In this document: positions 63,413 through 64,000 of the stretch, piece after piece
Layout: each line of letters opens with the position of its first letter
Numbering within the stretch: the stretch's first letter is position 1
Origin: Octopus sinensis
Lineage: Eukaryota
Length of the DNA: 64,000 nucleotides
Direction of reading: 5' to 3'
Assembly (NCBI RefSeq): GCF_006345805.1
Contig: NC_043023.1
Coordinates: forward strand, 20,398,001-20,462,000
Made by a program: the position numbers and the translations under genes
The notes under the pieces: generated by a model
Seen by the model: only the letters and a program-made list of their open reading frames with translations
What the model was told of the DNA's origin: nothing
The model's database searches: none

Positions 63413-63975
63413 ATTGATTGATTGATTCTAGTTTCAGCTCACGAGCTGTGGCCATGCTGGGGCACCTGCCATTTGGTGTTGCTACATGGTTTTACTTTAC
63501 GAATGCTTTTTAGCAAATGCCATTTGGTGCATGAGAGAGTTCGATGCAGCTGCCCTCATCTGCCCCTCCTGCCGTGAAGTCGGTTCATCTGGGACACCTG
63601 ACAAGAAGAGATCCAGTTTTATTTTAAAGACATCTGCATCCACCCCTTGCAGGTCTCTTAGGTTCTTCGGGAGGATATTGAAGAGCTGTGAGCCTCGGAA
63701 GCCCAGGCTATCACAGTATCTTGTCCTACATCGTGACGGCAAATTTGGAGTCCTAGGCACTATGCAGTGGCGCCCAGTTCTGGCATTTGTGTAACTCTCG
63801 ATGCCAAAGTTTGGGACAAGTCCCTCCAGGATCTTCCAGATGTATATTATGGCATATCTTTCTCACCTACGCTCCAGGGAATAGAGTTTTAATCTCTTGA
63901 GTCTTTCCCAGTAGCTTATATTCTGCATAGAGGCTATCTTCGTGTAGCTTCGTTTATAAATGATATTATTGTTCT
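63413..63975 (-). mobile_element. 5'-truncated CR1/L2-type LINE 3' end with short UTR and (CAAT)n tail
   Basis: SYWERLKRLKLYSLERR*ERYAIIYIWKILEGLVPN...RGSQLFNILP...KIKLDLFLSGVPDEP...KKHS*, with an in-frame TGA at 63863-65 where CGA (Arg) is expected. Confidence 0.88.
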
Positions 63976-64000
63976 TTGTTACGAAATATATAGAACAGCT

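Overview
Eukaryotic, AT-rich, repeat-dense animal DNA. The SINE families and microsatellite style suggest an octopod cephalopod (inference). The window holds the 3' half of one plus-strand gene of the IQSEC/BRAG/schizo Arf-GEF family. Eight GT-AG exons splice in frame: 1171-1345, 5769-5908, 8902-9027, 12243-12342, 13980-14095, 16654-16852, 43088-43143 and 56134-56628. They encode the Sec7 C-terminus, the PH domain, a coiled-coil and a low-complexity tail ending in the PDZ ligand TEV*. Everything else is intron or downstream DNA: at least five SINE-type families, 5'-truncated RTE and CR1/L2-type LINE ends, a DD37D maT transposase relic, Helitron/Helentron-type and MITE elements, minisatellites and microsatellites. 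Most of the six-frame ORF track is repeat-derived noise. The most unusual signal is about 14 minimal type-I hammerhead-ribozyme-like motifs of the Penelope type. Several sit in outward-facing inverted pairs. One pair is a head-to-head palindrome of a tRNA-headed element with a 14-bp TSD and a 34-nt one-sided extension (13260-13789). The window also shows a LINE and a SINE sharing a covarying 3' stem-loop, and several candidate alternative exons that would change the C-terminus. No folding, alignment or database search was run; repeat boundaries are approximate.
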